A stretch of DNA of 64,000 bases from Candidatus Eiseniibacteriota bacterium (GTDB lineage: Bacteria; Eisenbacteria; RBG-16-71-46; CAIMUX01; VGJL01). The stretch covers positions 1 through 64,000 of the forward strand of contig CAWBWI010000006.1 in NCBI GenBank assembly GCA_963792585.1, read 5' to 3'. Positions 9,371-19,916 of the stretch are shown here, piece by piece. The position numbers were made by a program, and so were the translations under genes. Positions within the stretch are counted from its first letter, which is position 1, and each line of letters opens with the position of its first letter. Under the pieces are notes generated by a model that had not been told where the DNA came from, made no database searches, and was given only the letters and a program-made list of their open reading frames with translations.

Positions 9371-11404
9371 ATGCCATGGGGCCTCCGCGTCATAGCGCGG
9401 TCCCTGGCGATCCTCTGCGCCACGCTGCTGACGCTCTCCGGCTGCGGCCTCGATGCCCCCGAGGCGCCGTCCTTCCAGACGGACGTCTACATCCCCCTCG
9501 GGGATCTCCGGTACACCGTCGCCGAGCTCATTCGCAGCGAGGAGATCATCACCGGGGATACGACGGGCACGAATCCGGTCTACGTCGAGTACCGCGGTGC
9601 GATCGCCTCCGTCCAGGCGGCGGAGCACCTCCAGGTCGAGGTTCCGCGGAAACGCCTGTCGGCGAGGCTGGGCGACTTGAACCTGAACGTCGCGACGACC
9701 CCCAGCGTGCGCTATCCCCTATCCGACATGGCGCCCTTCGAAATCCCGCCCTCGGGATTGCATCTGATCTTGCCCCCCTTCGACCTCCGCACGCTGATCC
9801 GTGACTACGACCCGTTTCCCGAGTTCCGTGAGGGGACCTTCCGTAGCGGCCGGTGCGAGCTGACGGTCCACAATGGCCTACCGTTCGCGGTCGAGGGTCT
9901 CGTCTTCCAGCTCAAGGACGTACCGTCCGGCGCCGTGATCGCCGTCACGCAGGCGCTCACGTTGACTCCCGGTGGCTCTGCCGCCGCATCGATCGATCTA
10001 TCCGGAAAGACGATCAGCAACGCGCTCCGGGTGACGTTGGTCTCGGGGAACACGCCGGGCAGTCCGGATGCGATCTTCATCCACGGGACGGACGCGATCC
10101 AGGTGGATGCGAAGCTCCGCGACCTTCGATTGCAAGATCTGACCGCCCCCGTGGCGGCAGGGAGCTTCGAGGTGCGTGGGGCCTCCCTTCTTGGAGGGGA
10201 CCTGAGAATCCTCGACGGTGTCATCGCGTCGGCGGCCATCCCGCTGCGCATCGAGAACACCGTGCCTCTCTCGGTCACGGTCTCCGTGACGATTCCCGAG
10301 ATTCTCGAAGGGGACGTGCCCTGGAGTCGCACCTATGAGGTCGCCGCGGGAGATCCGTCCGCTCCAGGGGTCACCCAGGTCGACATCACGCTCAGCGACG
10401 CGCACATCCGATTCGACGACACCACCGTGCCGCAGCGGATCCAGTACATTATTCGCGCAGTGCATCGCGGCAGCAACGGGCAAACGATCCGCCTTACGTC
10501 GTCGATGGGCGCATCGATCGAGGTCGATTCCGCCCGCCTCGCACTGGCGGAGTTCACGGGGATCATCGGTTCCCAGGAGTTCCGGATCCCGGAGACGCGG
10601 ACGGCCTTTCATGCGCCGGCAGAGACCGAGGGAGTGGAGTTCTTGCGCGGGACGCTCGCGATCACGATCGCGAACGGGATTCGGCTGCCCGGCCACTTGA
10701 ACCTGCTGGCGGTCGGCGTCCGAGACGGCAGGACGGCGCGGGTGTCCTTGGAGGGTGATGTCGCACCAGCCACCGCGTCCGACCCTGCCACCACGGTTCT
10801 CACGATCGATCAGACCCATGGCGGACTCCTCGACCTCGTGAATCTGCGGCCCGAGGAGATCCGGATTTCCGGATCGGTAACGGTCGGGGACTCCACACAG
10901 ACCGTCGTGATCCGCGGGATCGACGGCATCTCGGGAGCCTACGAGGCCCGCTCGCCGATTCGGGTCCGGATCCACGAATCCTCCTACCGGCCGGCGGCGT
11001 TCGACTTCGAGATCGACGAGGACCTTCAGGAGAGGATCCGGGAGGACCTGCTCGAGGCGGAGGCGGACCTCACGGTGCGAAATCAAACCCCGATCGGAAT
11101 GTCGGTGAGACTCCAGTTCGCCGCCGACTCCGCCAACGTCTATGCGCATCCCGCAGTCGTGCTGGACGATGTGCACGTCCCCGCCGGTGAGGTGGATACG
11201 CTCTCCGGAAATGTCACCGAGGCGACCGTCGCGCGCGTTCGCGTCGTCCTGCGGCCGGAGGACGTGTCCTTTTTCGCGAGGCGCCGCGTCTATTGCGGGG
11301 CGCTCATCGTCCCCGACCCGACCGGGAACGAGGGGGTCGCGCTTCAGACGAGCGACGAAGTCGGGATCGCGGGACTCGTCCGATTCACCCTGCAGGTGAA
11401 CTGA
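9371..11404 (+). CDS. Large lipoprotein of unknown function with repeated beta-sandwich modules
   Basis: Lipobox LLTLSG-C after ATG 9371. Four recurrences of [LI]x[VI]xNx[LTI]P-like motifs. Ends 1 nt before the barrel gene. Confidence 0.75.
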   Translation: MPWGLRVIARSLAILCATLLTLSGCGLDAPEAPSFQTDVYIPLGDLRYTVAELIRSEEIITGDTTGTNPVYVEYRGAIASVQAAEHLQVEVPRKRLSARLGDLNLNVATTPSVRYPLSDMAPFEIPPSGLHLILPPFDLRTLIRDYDPFPEFREGTFRSGRCELTVHNGLPFAVEGLVFQLKDVPSGAVIAVTQALTLTPGGSAAASIDLSGKTISNALRVTLVSGNTPGSPDAIFIHGTDAIQVDAKLRDLRLQDLTAPVAAGSFEVRGASLLGGDLRILDGVIASAAIPLRIENTVPLSVTVSVTIPEILEGDVPWSRTYEVAAGDPSAPGVTQVDITLSDAHIRFDDTTVPQRIQYIIRAVHRGSNGQTIRLTSSMGASIEVDSARLALAEFTGIIGSQEFRIPETRTAFHAPAETEGVEFLRGTLAITIANGIRLPGHLNLLAVGVRDGRTARVSLEGDVAPATASDPATTVLTIDQTHGGLLDLVNLRPEEIRISGSVTVGDSTQTVVIRGIDGISGAYEARSPIRVRIHESSYRPAAFDFEIDEDLQERIREDLLEAEADLTVRNQTPIGMSVRLQFAADSANVYAHPAVVLDDVHVPAGEVDTLSGNVTEATVARVRVVLRPEDVSFFARRRVYCGALIVPDPTGNEGVALQTSDEVGIAGLVRFTLQVN

Positions 11405-11405
11405 G

Positions 11406-12632
11406 ATGCGAACGGGCTTGGCGTTCCTGATCCTGATCCTCGTCCCCGTCGCGGCGGCGCACGGCCAGGTTCGTTCGGCAGGGATGGCAGGCGCCGGCTC
11501 GGCGATTATCGAAGGCGTCGACGCGCAGGCGGTCAACCCCGCCCGCCTGGCGGCCTCCGGCGGGTCGGAGCTGCGGCTCGTGGAGGGACACGCCGCCGCG
11601 TCGAACAACAGCTACTCGCTCTCGGACTACAGAGAGTTCAACGGCGCGAACCTGACGGAGGAGGACGAAGATCGGATCCTCTCGAAGGTCGGCGGCAGGA
11701 CGATCGAGGCCGACGGCAGCATGTGGATGCAGGGCCTTGCGTACCGGCGCGATCGCTGGGCCGGCGGCATGCGCGCCCGCGCCATGGCCCACGGCGCGTT
11801 CCCGAAGGAGCTCCTGGAACTCGCCCTGGACGGAAACAGCCCCGGCCGCCCGTTCACGCTGGATGATGCGTCCGGAAGCGGACTCGCGGTCGGAGAGATC
11901 GGCCTGAGCCATGCGCGGACGCTCGAGCTGCCGCGTGTCGGGATCTGGCACGTGGGCGCGACCGTGAAGTACATCCAGGGCCTCGCGTATGGGCGCGTCG
12001 AGGAAGCCGTGGGGAACATCCGCACGGAGACCGGCGGAGTCAGCGGCGACGGATGGGTGCGCACGCGCACCGCGACCGGCGGGACGGGATATGGATTGGA
12101 CCTGGGGGCGTGGAGTCCGATCGATTCGCTCTGGTCCGTTTCCGTATCGGTTGCGGATCTGCTCGGAAAGCTTCACTGGACCCGCGATCCCGAGGAGACG
12201 ATCGCCCGCGTCACCGTCATCAAGTCGAACCTCCACGACCTCGAGGACGGGGACAGCCTTGCCACATCCACCGATGAGACCCGGAAGATCGGTTCGTTTC
12301 GCTCTACCCTGCCCGCGGTCTCAACGGTCGGCGTCGCGCGCGTGTGGGACCGATGGAAGCTCGTCGCCGACTGGACGCAGGGATTTCGGGAGTCCGCGGG
12401 CGCGACCCGGCGTCCGCGCGTGGCGGTGGGAGGCGAGGCGAGGATCACAACGTGGCTGAGTGGCCGCGCCGGAATCTCTGTCGGGGGCCTCGATCGGCGT
12501 TCCATGGCCTTGGGGATGAGCCTGCGCCCTTGGATCCTGCGTGTGGACCTCGCGTTGTCGGCGCGGGAGGGGTTTGTGCCCCTCACCGGTCGCGGGATCG
12601 GCGCAGGATTCGCGGTGGGGTTGGAGTTCTAA
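11406..12632 (+). CDS. Outer-membrane beta-barrel protein (DUF5723/FadL-like)
   Basis: Signal peptide, GMAGA..NPARL N-terminus, GATVKYIQG, GYGLDLG, amphipathic strands, terminal Phe (VGLEF). Confidence 0.75.
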   Translation: MRTGLAFLILILVPVAAAHGQVRSAGMAGAGSAIIEGVDAQAVNPARLAASGGSELRLVEGHAAASNNSYSLSDYREFNGANLTEEDEDRILSKVGGRTIEADGSMWMQGLAYRRDRWAGGMRARAMAHGAFPKELLELALDGNSPGRPFTLDDASGSGLAVGEIGLSHARTLELPRVGIWHVGATVKYIQGLAYGRVEEAVGNIRTETGGVSGDGWVRTRTATGGTGYGLDLGAWSPIDSLWSVSVSVADLLGKLHWTRDPEETIARVTVIKSNLHDLEDGDSLATSTDETRKIGSFRSTLPAVSTVGVARVWDRWKLVADWTQGFRESAGATRRPRVAVGGEARITTWLSGRAGISVGGLDRRSMALGMSLRPWILRVDLALSAREGFVPLTGRGIGAGFAVGLEF

Positions 12633-12728
12633 GCCCGGGACAGGCTGACCTTTCGATGAGCCGGATCTTGTTCGGCAACAGTTTCGGCGAGGGCTGCACG
12701 GCCGCCATGGTGTCGATGGCCGACCCGA

Positions 12729-12930
12729 CTAGCCCTAACTCCGCCGCCACTCCCAGTCGCGGCGCATCTCTTCGAGGAGCTTGTCGTTGGCAGGGGCGCG
12801 GCGCAGGTTCTTGAGCTGCGGGTCGTCGCGAAACATCGGATAGCAGGGCATGCCTTCTTCGGCGGTGGTGCGCAGCCAGCCCACGGCCCGCACGTCGAGG
12901 GATTCGGCCACCCCCGCGAGGGCGCGAACT
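12729..12930 (-). pseudogene. Degenerate duplicate of the 3' end of the kinase-TPR gene at 15943-18395
   Basis: Encodes VRALAGVAES..WLRTTAEEGMPCYPMFRDDPQLKNLR..LLEEMRRDWE, near-identical to the 15943-16470 region, with two internal deletions and a GAG>TAG change at 12735-12737. Confidence 0.85.
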
Positions 12931-13059
12931 CCTCCAGAGATCTTGATTTGGCCGGTGGATGGACCCACACTGTATTTCAGGTTAGTTTGAGAGTCGAACG
13001 CTATGGCCCGTGCCCGATGGATCGGGACGGCACTTAGGCCACCGAATCGGAGGACGACC

Positions 13060-13353
13060 ATGCGAAGTACCCAGGAGGTTCTGGAGATCCTGCAACGGGC
13101 CATGCCGGAGCTCGCTCAGAACTTCCGGGTGACTCGGCTCGCCTTGTTTGGCTCGTATGCCCGCGGTCAGCAGACCGAGGCGAGCGACGTGGATGTTCTC
13201 GTGGAGGTGGACCCTTCGATCGGTCTCCGTTTCGTGGACCTGGCGGAGCGGATCGAATCCCTGCTCGGCATGCACGCAGACGTGGTCTCCCGTCGCGCTA
13301 TCACTCCTCGCCACTGGGCGGTCATCGAGGAGGAGTTGGTGGATGTCGCGTAG
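13060..13353 (+). CDS. Minimal nucleotidyltransferase (MNT) antitoxin of the HEPN-MNT family
   Basis: GGAGG RBS, 97 aa, LFGSYARG and SDVDVLV motifs. Confidence 0.9.
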   Translation: MRSTQEVLEILQRAMPELAQNFRVTRLALFGSYARGQQTEASDVDVLVEVDPSIGLRFVDLAERIESLLGMHADVVSRRAITPRHWAVIEEELVDVA

Positions 13354-13377
13354 GCCGGCCGAGGTCCGCCAGGCATT
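13343..13377 (+). pseudogene. Probable 5' remnant of a HEPN/DUF86 toxin gene
   Basis: ATG overlapping the MNT 3' end reads MSRRPAEV, a typical position and start for DUF86 partners, but it runs straight into the convergent kinase 3' end. No RX4-6H motif follows. Confidence 0.4.
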
Positions 13378-15855
13378 TCATGTGGAGTCGTTGTCGGCCC
13401 ACATCCCCTGGATCGTCCGGATCTCCAGTTTGACCGGAAAGGTCAACTCGCGTCCGAAGTAGCGATCAAAGCGTCGTGTCTCTAGCGCGACGTCTCGGGA
13501 CGGCGCCAGCGCTAGTTGGGCCGTGTACAGCCCGTCCGGGGGAAGATCCGCCACGCACCAAGGAAGGGCGTCGTTGCTGCGGATGGATGAGAAGAGACCC
13601 ATCGTCTTGATACTAGGTTTCTCCAAGCTTCCTCCACGGGCCGTCCATGCGCTGTGCTTGTCACCCAGCCACAGTTCATCCTTCCCGTATGCAAACGGCA
13701 ACCCGGCGATGGCCCCCCCTCGGCCAGGCAGCTGGATCGTGACCCGTGCTGCGATCGGGATCTCGGGAACTAGACCCTCCGCGTTCTGGATGACCATCAA
13801 GACGCCGCCTGGGAAACCCGCATGCGGATCCGCGCCGGCCGGAGGTTCTCCAAGAGCCTGACAGGTCCTGTCAACGTTCGCCCGGTACCTCTCCCCGGCG
13901 CCGACCGGAAGCGTCACCCTAAAGAGGAGAAGACTGTCCGGGCGAAACCAGGATTCCACGGGTGGGGTGCCTTCGTTTTCCACCACTGCGAGCGGAAATG
14001 AATCCGGGTACTTGTCGAAGAGAGTGATCGTGAGCGGTTCGAGCGCTCTCGATTCTCTGAAGAGTTCGGGGATGTCGCTCATTGGCGGTGGAGCTTCGCG
14101 CTGCCAAGACTCCCCCCCACCGGAATCCCTGTTTAGGGCTTCCCGCCACAAAAGCGAATTGCGATCCACGTCCAGTACCGTGAGGTTCGCACGCAGCTCG
14201 ATCCTGTGCGGACCTGCCTGCAGCAGGGGCGCCGGAATGACCGCGGCCAGGGAAGTCCCGGGCTCTCCCTGCGAGTACGAAACGTAGCTGCTCCTCCCGG
14301 ACTCCCACCGTACAACCGCGTACTGAATTGGCCGGAATGGCGCGCCGTCCCAAGAAGCCTGCACCTCGGTGCGACAGAGAAAATCGCGGCCGGGGTCAAA
14401 GAGCGGCATGGCGCTGAAGCGGAAATCTGGAAGCTGCGACAGAAGCGCGAAGGCGGGCAGCTCGACCCGGACCGCCGTCGCCGCGCGTGTCGCCTGGATC
14501 GCCAAGGGCCCGCTGGGCCTACGGCTCACCATCGCGTCGAGCCGCGATTCTAGCGAGGCCCAGTCCGGTTGCAGCTCTTCCGGAGGCTTCCTCTTGTCCT
14601 GGACCTCCGTGAGAGTCCACTCGATCCGGCGAAGCTCCGACGCCTTTCTCGACTGCCATTTCCCGATCTCGACTGCCGAGATGACTGTGGCAGCGGCGCA
14701 CACGGCGACGATGATCCCGGTCCTCTGCTTGGATGCGAGTCGAAGGATCTTGACCGCCGCGCCGGCACGCCGCGCCAGCACCGGACGACCGTCCAGCCAA
14801 CGCTGAAGATCATCTCGCAGCTCGCCTGCCGACTGGTACCGCCGATCCCTGTCCTTCTCGAGGCACTTCATCAGGATCGTCTCCAGTTCACGCGGGAGCG
14901 CCTTGACCCTAGCGCGTGCGGGGACGGGTTCCTTGCTGCTGACCGCGGAGATATAGGCCTCTTCGGACGGGGCATCGTAGGGCAGGCTCAGAGTGATCGC
15001 TTCGTAAAGCGAGACACCCAGCGAGTAGATGTCGCTTCGGGAATCGATCTTCACGCGGTGGGCCAGAAGCTGCTCGGGCGACATGTACCGAATGGTCCCC
15101 AGGAAATCTCCTCGGCGTGTCATCACCGACGCATTCTCGGAGCGAGCGAGTCCGAAGTCCGAGATCAGGAGTCGCGCGCCGTCGCCAGTGAGGAGCAGGT
15201 TCAATGGCTTGATGTCGCGATGGACGACCCCCTGGCGGTGAACGTAGTCGAGTGCATCGGTGACACCCAGAAAGAGTGACACGAGATTGCGGAGCCGTTC
15301 GCGATTGCCGGAACCGCTCGGGTCGAGGGGAGTCGTCTCGCTCGTCCGACGGACGCGCGTGATCTCCTCGTGCAGGGATGGCCCGTCGATCAGCTCCATC
15401 GCGATGTAGTAGCGCGGACCCTGCGATCCCTGCGCGAAGACGCGGACGATATTCGGGTGGTTGAGCTTGCCCCCGATCCAGGCCTCGCGCTCGAAGCGGG
15501 CCACGTCGGCCGTCGTTGACGGCACCCCGACATCGAGGATCTTCAACGCGACAGTGCGGCGGAGCGACTCCTGGCGGCATTCATAGACCGCTGCCATTCC
15601 CCCACGGCCGATCAGGCGGAGGACATGAAAGTCCCCGAAGGTGGCACCCTCCAGCGGATCCGTTTGGGCAATGCCGATGGGCGTGATCGTCGCGTCGTCG
15701 GCCTGAGCCCGACTGGGTATGTCCTCGGTGGATTCGGTTGGGGATCGTGAGGCGAAAGGCAAATCGGCGCCGCAGGACGGGCACCGCGTCGCCGCTCCCG
15801 TCACGAGCGCATGGCAGACCGGACACGAGGCCGGCTTCTCACGCCTCTGGGGCAC
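13378..15855 (-). CDS. Hanks-type Ser/Thr protein kinase with N-terminal zinc ribbon, one TM helix and an unknown C-terminal domain
   Basis: CPVC..CPSC, GRGGMAAVY, VALK, HRDIKPLN, DFG, YMSPEQ, DIYSLG, TM segment TGIIVAVCAAATVISAV. Confidence 0.92.
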   Translation of the reverse strand: MPQRREKPASCPVCHALVTGAATRCPSCGADLPFASRSPTESTEDIPSRAQADDATITPIGIAQTDPLEGATFGDFHVLRLIGRGGMAAVYECRQESLRRTVALKILDVGVPSTTADVARFEREAWIGGKLNHPNIVRVFAQGSQGPRYYIAMELIDGPSLHEEITRVRRTSETTPLDPSGSGNRERLRNLVSLFLGVTDALDYVHRQGVVHRDIKPLNLLLTGDGARLLISDFGLARSENASVMTRRGDFLGTIRYMSPEQLLAHRVKIDSRSDIYSLGVSLYEAITLSLPYDAPSEEAYISAVSSKEPVPARARVKALPRELETILMKCLEKDRDRRYQSAGELRDDLQRWLDGRPVLARRAGAAVKILRLASKQRTGIIVAVCAAATVISAVEIGKWQSRKASELRRIEWTLTEVQDKRKPPEELQPDWASLESRLDAMVSRRPSGPLAIQATRAATAVRVELPAFALLSQLPDFRFSAMPLFDPGRDFLCRTEVQASWDGAPFRPIQYAVVRWESGRSSYVSYSQGEPGTSLAAVIPAPLLQAGPHRIELRANLTVLDVDRNSLLWREALNRDSGGGESWQREAPPPMSDIPELFRESRALEPLTITLFDKYPDSFPLAVVENEGTPPVESWFRPDSLLLFRVTLPVGAGERYRANVDRTCQALGEPPAGADPHAGFPGGVLMVIQNAEGLVPEIPIAARVTIQLPGRGGAIAGLPFAYGKDELWLGDKHSAWTARGGSLEKPSIKTMGLFSSIRSNDALPWCVADLPPDGLYTAQLALAPSRDVALETRRFDRYFGRELTFPVKLEIRTIQGMWADNDST

Positions 15856-15942
15856 GAGCGGTCCTCCATGGAGAAGATCCGAGCATTCTGTCGAGACTCA
15901 CAACCACTGAATGCCTCGAATCAGGCCTCCGGCCCGACATGC

Positions 15943-18395
15943 CTAGCCCTCACTCCCCCGCCGCTCCCAGTCGCGGCGCATCTCTTCGAGAAGTCGGTCG
16001 TAGCCAGCGTCGCCGCGTAGGTTCTTGAGCAGTGGGTCGTCGCGAAACATCGGGTAGCAGGGCATGCCTTCTTCGGCAGTGGTGCGCAGCCAGCGCACGG
16101 CCTGTTCCTTCTTTCCACCCATTGCGTAGATCTGGGCCAGGCCATACGTCACGTGATGGTACGGCCCTAGACCTTGCCGCCTTCTCGGCCCGCACGCTGA
16201 GGGATTCGGCTTCGACGTGCCGGCCGCGTTAGCCGCGATGAGCCCGCCAAAGATCATCGAGAAGTGGCGGGCCTCCCCGAAGTAGTTTCGCGCGAGTAGT
16301 TCCTGCGCTTCATCCAGCTTGTCTTCCTCGATCAGGGCGTCGATCAGCGCGAGTTTGGAGAGGTTGTAGTCAGGATCGATGTTGAGGGCGATGCGAGCGG
16401 CCTCCTCCCCGCGTTGCGGCTGTCCTCTCAGTGACGAAGTCTCGGCCACTTCCGCGAGGGCACGGACGTTTTCCGGGTCGGTCTTGAGCGCCAGTTCCGC
16501 CTCGGTCGCCGCGCGGTCGAGCAGTCCCACGTGACGTCAGCACGACGGCAGTAGAAACCGCGATCCGTGGCGAGGTTCGGATTCAGGTCGAGGGCTTTGC
16601 GATAGAGCACCATCGCTCGGTCGTGCTGGAAGTGTCGTTGCGGTGTCCAGAGGACAGCCGCCTGGACCGCGTGGGCCTCGGCGAGGCTTCGGGTCCAGTT
16701 CCAGACGCGCGCTGGGAGTGCTGCTCTGCCTCTCTCCAGCCAGGCTGGATTGTTCGGATCATGCAAGAAGCTGTAGATGCGGCACGCACTCCCCAGCCAG
16801 GCGTGCGCCAGGGCATTGGCCGGCTCCTTGCGCAGGGCCTCCTCGTAGAGCGAAATCGCGGTTAGCAGAGACTCCCGCCCCTGCCGCAGTTCCAGGCCGC
16901 GTGCGCGCAAGAGCAGCGCATAGACGTTCGGGTCCGTGCTGTACGGCGTGCCGAGTCGCCCGCGGCTGGCCGCGTTGAGCTGCACGCGAAGGGCCTGCGC
17001 CACCTGGGTGCCGATCTGATCCTGGACGGAGAAGACGTCGCTCGCGATCACGTCGTACTTCTGGGTCCAAAGAGAGGTCCCATCCGGGACTTGCCAGAGC
17101 TGGACCTGGATCCGCAGCCGCCCGCCGGAGCGCTGCAAGGTCCCGTCGAGCACGGCGCCCACCCGCAAGGTCTTGCCGACCTCGATGGGGTCGGTCGACT
17201 TGTCCTCAAATGGGAGGACGACGCGCGTGGGTCGGACGATCAGGTCCGGCGATCCGCCCAGACCGGTGATGATCGCGTCCGCAATGCCGAGCCCCAGCTC
17301 GCGCTCCTCGCTCTGCGCAGTCAGCGCGCGGAAGGGCAGCACGGCCAGCGTGGGCCGGACGACGGCCGTTGCGGGTGGCGTTGGGGTCGGTGGTGGAGGC
17401 GCCTCACGCCCGCGCAACGTCACCATGAGGGTGACGACGAGCCCAGCCAGCAGGATCCCGCCCAGAACGACGGCGCGTCCCCTCGACGAACGCGGGAATC
17501 GCGGTGCCATTCCTCCGGGGCGCGCCCCATGCACCGCGTGTCGCAGGCGAATGTGTTCCAGTTCCTTCGCCAGCTCACCGGTGGTCGTGTACCGCGACTC
17601 CGGATCCTTCTGCAGGCATCGCGTCACGACCGCTTCGAAGTCCTTCGGGATATCAGGGCTCGAGGAACGGATCGGGGGGACGGGTTCGCTCAACAGGGCC
17701 GCGATCGTCTGCAAGTCCGTCGCGCGGGCGAATGCGCCCTTTCCAGTGGCCATCTCGTAGAGCACCAGCCCAAGCGAGAACTGGTCGGAGCGAAAGTCGG
17801 CCGGGCGCCCGCCGACCTGCTCCGGCGACATGTATGCCGGAGTTCCCACCAGGACACCCATGCGCGTGGAGGCGAGGTCGTGCGTGGTCGCGTCACTCGG
17901 GGAAGCGTCCAAGGGCTCGGTCAGTTTCGCCAGGCCGAAGTCCAGGATCTTGACGACGCCATCCTCCGTCACCATGATGTTGCCCGGCTTCAGGTCGCGG
18001 TGCACGATCCCGGCTTGGTGCGCCTTGCTCAGGCCCGCAGCAACCTGGCCCGCCACGTGCAGCAACTCCTCGAGCGGCATGGCCCCCGACGCAAGGCGCT
18101 CGCCCAAGGTCTTCCCCTCGATCCACTCCATGGCGATGAACGTCGTGGGACCCTGCTGCCCGATTTCGTAGATGGTGATGATGTTGGGGTGATTGAGCGC
18201 GGAGGCGGCACGCGCCTCCCGCTCGAAGCGCGCGCGGGCTTCGGGTGTCGCGGCCAGGCGCTCCGTAATCACCTTGATCGCGACGTCACGGCCGAGCCGA
18301 TCATCGTGCGCGCGATAGACCTCCCCCATCCCGCCCAAGCCGAGCGGGGCAAGGATCCGGTAGGGGCCAAGGCGAATCCCGGGGGTGAGGATCAT
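15943..18395 (-). CDS. Ser/Thr protein kinase with TolB-N/FlgO-like domain and TPR repeats (frameshifted in 16200-16750)
   Basis: MILTPGIRLGPY start, GLGGMGEVY, HRDLKPGN, DFGLAK, YMSPEQ, TM segment, LAVLPF domain; TPR helices are spread over ORFs 16428-18578, 15943-16530 and neighbouring frames. Confidence 0.88.
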
Positions 18396-18717
18396 GGGTA
18401 GGAGGGTAAGGGGGCGGCGGTGGGAGGGGAAATGGTTTTGGGAGGGTGGGGCAGGGTGGGGTGCCGCGGGAGGAGCGTGCGAACCCCGGCACTCAGCAAG
18501 CCTCGCGACGCTCCCTCTGCGAGCGCCGGAGTCGGTTGACCGGGAAACACAATCTGCAGTGGTGTCGTCGGGCATCAACCGACATCAATTGGCCTGATTG
18601 GTACGGAGTGGATACTGGTCCGGCGATGATAGATGACCCGAAGAGATTGGCGCCACTGAGGGCGCTTCCGGTTGGGTGGTCGCTATCAGGAAGTCGATCC
18701 TGACCAAGTGGCTGCGT

Positions 18718-19677
18718 CTACCCTCTGAAAACCTTCTGTCGATGCCACTCGAGAGACTCCCTATTGGGTCGCAGGGCGTCACTTGCAGGGACGAGTATTG
18801 ATGAGCCATTTAGGCCGTAGTAACTTCGACCGTTCATGAACTCGGCACGGAGGCTGTCTCCCACACGAAAGACGTAGTCCGGTGAGACCGTCACATACCC
18901 ACGATCATAGAGGCGGTGCAAATCGCTACGAAGGAGCAGGCCGTTGTCCACGCGGTGTTCGCCACCTTGACCGTAGGGAATGATGTGGGCAGCTTCCAGC
19001 ACTGGACCCGAATGCTCGCCGGTTACGGCGCAGGCCCCGCTGTATGCGTCCCTAACCGCGAGGCTGAAGAGGCCCTGCCCAAGACGAGGACGCACGGCGA
19101 TAGGATCCCCATACCGCGGTGATCCCGCCTCGACAATCTCGGGTGTCGGCTCGACGTTCCAATAGCGACTCCCATCCCGCGCGCGCTGCAGACACTCACC
19201 CAGAATGCGATGACCTTCTCCAGAATCAAGTCGATATGTCTTGCCCTGCTGAATGCCCGTCTTCGCCCAATCTGTCGGTGGAGTCACCCACTCATCGCGT
19301 GCGAAGAAGACTGGAGCTGACAACATAACGCAGCCGATCTCGAAGTCTCCCATGCGGACAGATTGTCCATCACCGCCACGAAGACGGATGATGCGATCCA
19401 TCATCGAATCGAAGTCCGGCGCACCATTCATCTCCCGAAAGCACTCCCAAGCCAGCCACGCTGGGAGGCTCTCGAATCGCTCAAAGAACCCAAATCCGGC
19501 AATTCCCTTGTGCGGGGCGCGCAGCTTGAAGAAGAACGGTTCACCAAACTTCAATGCCCTGAAGATCCGCCCCCCATGGGGCTGCCAGAAGTTGACCTTG
19601 TCCACCCGAGGTTGGGCAGATAGATAGGAGTACCAGTCCGGATCGGTCAATCCTATGTAACCCTGAACCGGGTCCAC
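18718..19677 (-). CDS. HNH endonuclease (putative restriction endonuclease, COG3440-like) with PUA/EVE-like N-terminal domain
   Basis: C-terminal CAVTG..LEAAHIIP..NGLLLRSDLHRLYD; N-terminal TDPDWY..VNFWQP..GEPFFFKL..IAGFGFF. GGGAGG RBS before the GTG. Confidence 0.85.
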   Translation of the reverse strand: MDPVQGYIGLTDPDWYSYLSAQPRVDKVNFWQPHGGRIFRALKFGEPFFFKLRAPHKGIAGFGFFERFESLPAWLAWECFREMNGAPDFDSMMDRIIRLRGGDGQSVRMGDFEIGCVMLSAPVFFARDEWVTPPTDWAKTGIQQGKTYRLDSGEGHRILGECLQRARDGSRYWNVEPTPEIVEAGSPRYGDPIAVRPRLGQGLFSLAVRDAYSGACAVTGEHSGPVLEAAHIIPYGQGGEHRVDNGLLLRSDLHRLYDRGYVTVSPDYVFRVGDSLRAEFMNGRSYYGLNGSSILVPASDALRPNRESLEWHRQKVFRG

Positions 19678-19916
19678 GCATCCTCCCTTGCCAGATCACC
19701 TGACGTACTGCTGGACACCGCGTGGTCGACGCCGAAGAGTCTGGATCGCCTCGCCGACATGTCCCTGCCCTCTTCCGTACCGTCAAAGGCTCCGGACCTA
19801 CTGCCAAACCTCTTCAACCGACAGTTGAAGCCGGTAGCGCTTAGCTCTCGCCCCATTCCATCTCCGCGAGGCAACGAGGTCACTGCGGCAACCACCGGTC
19901 GCCGTCCCCGTGTGTC

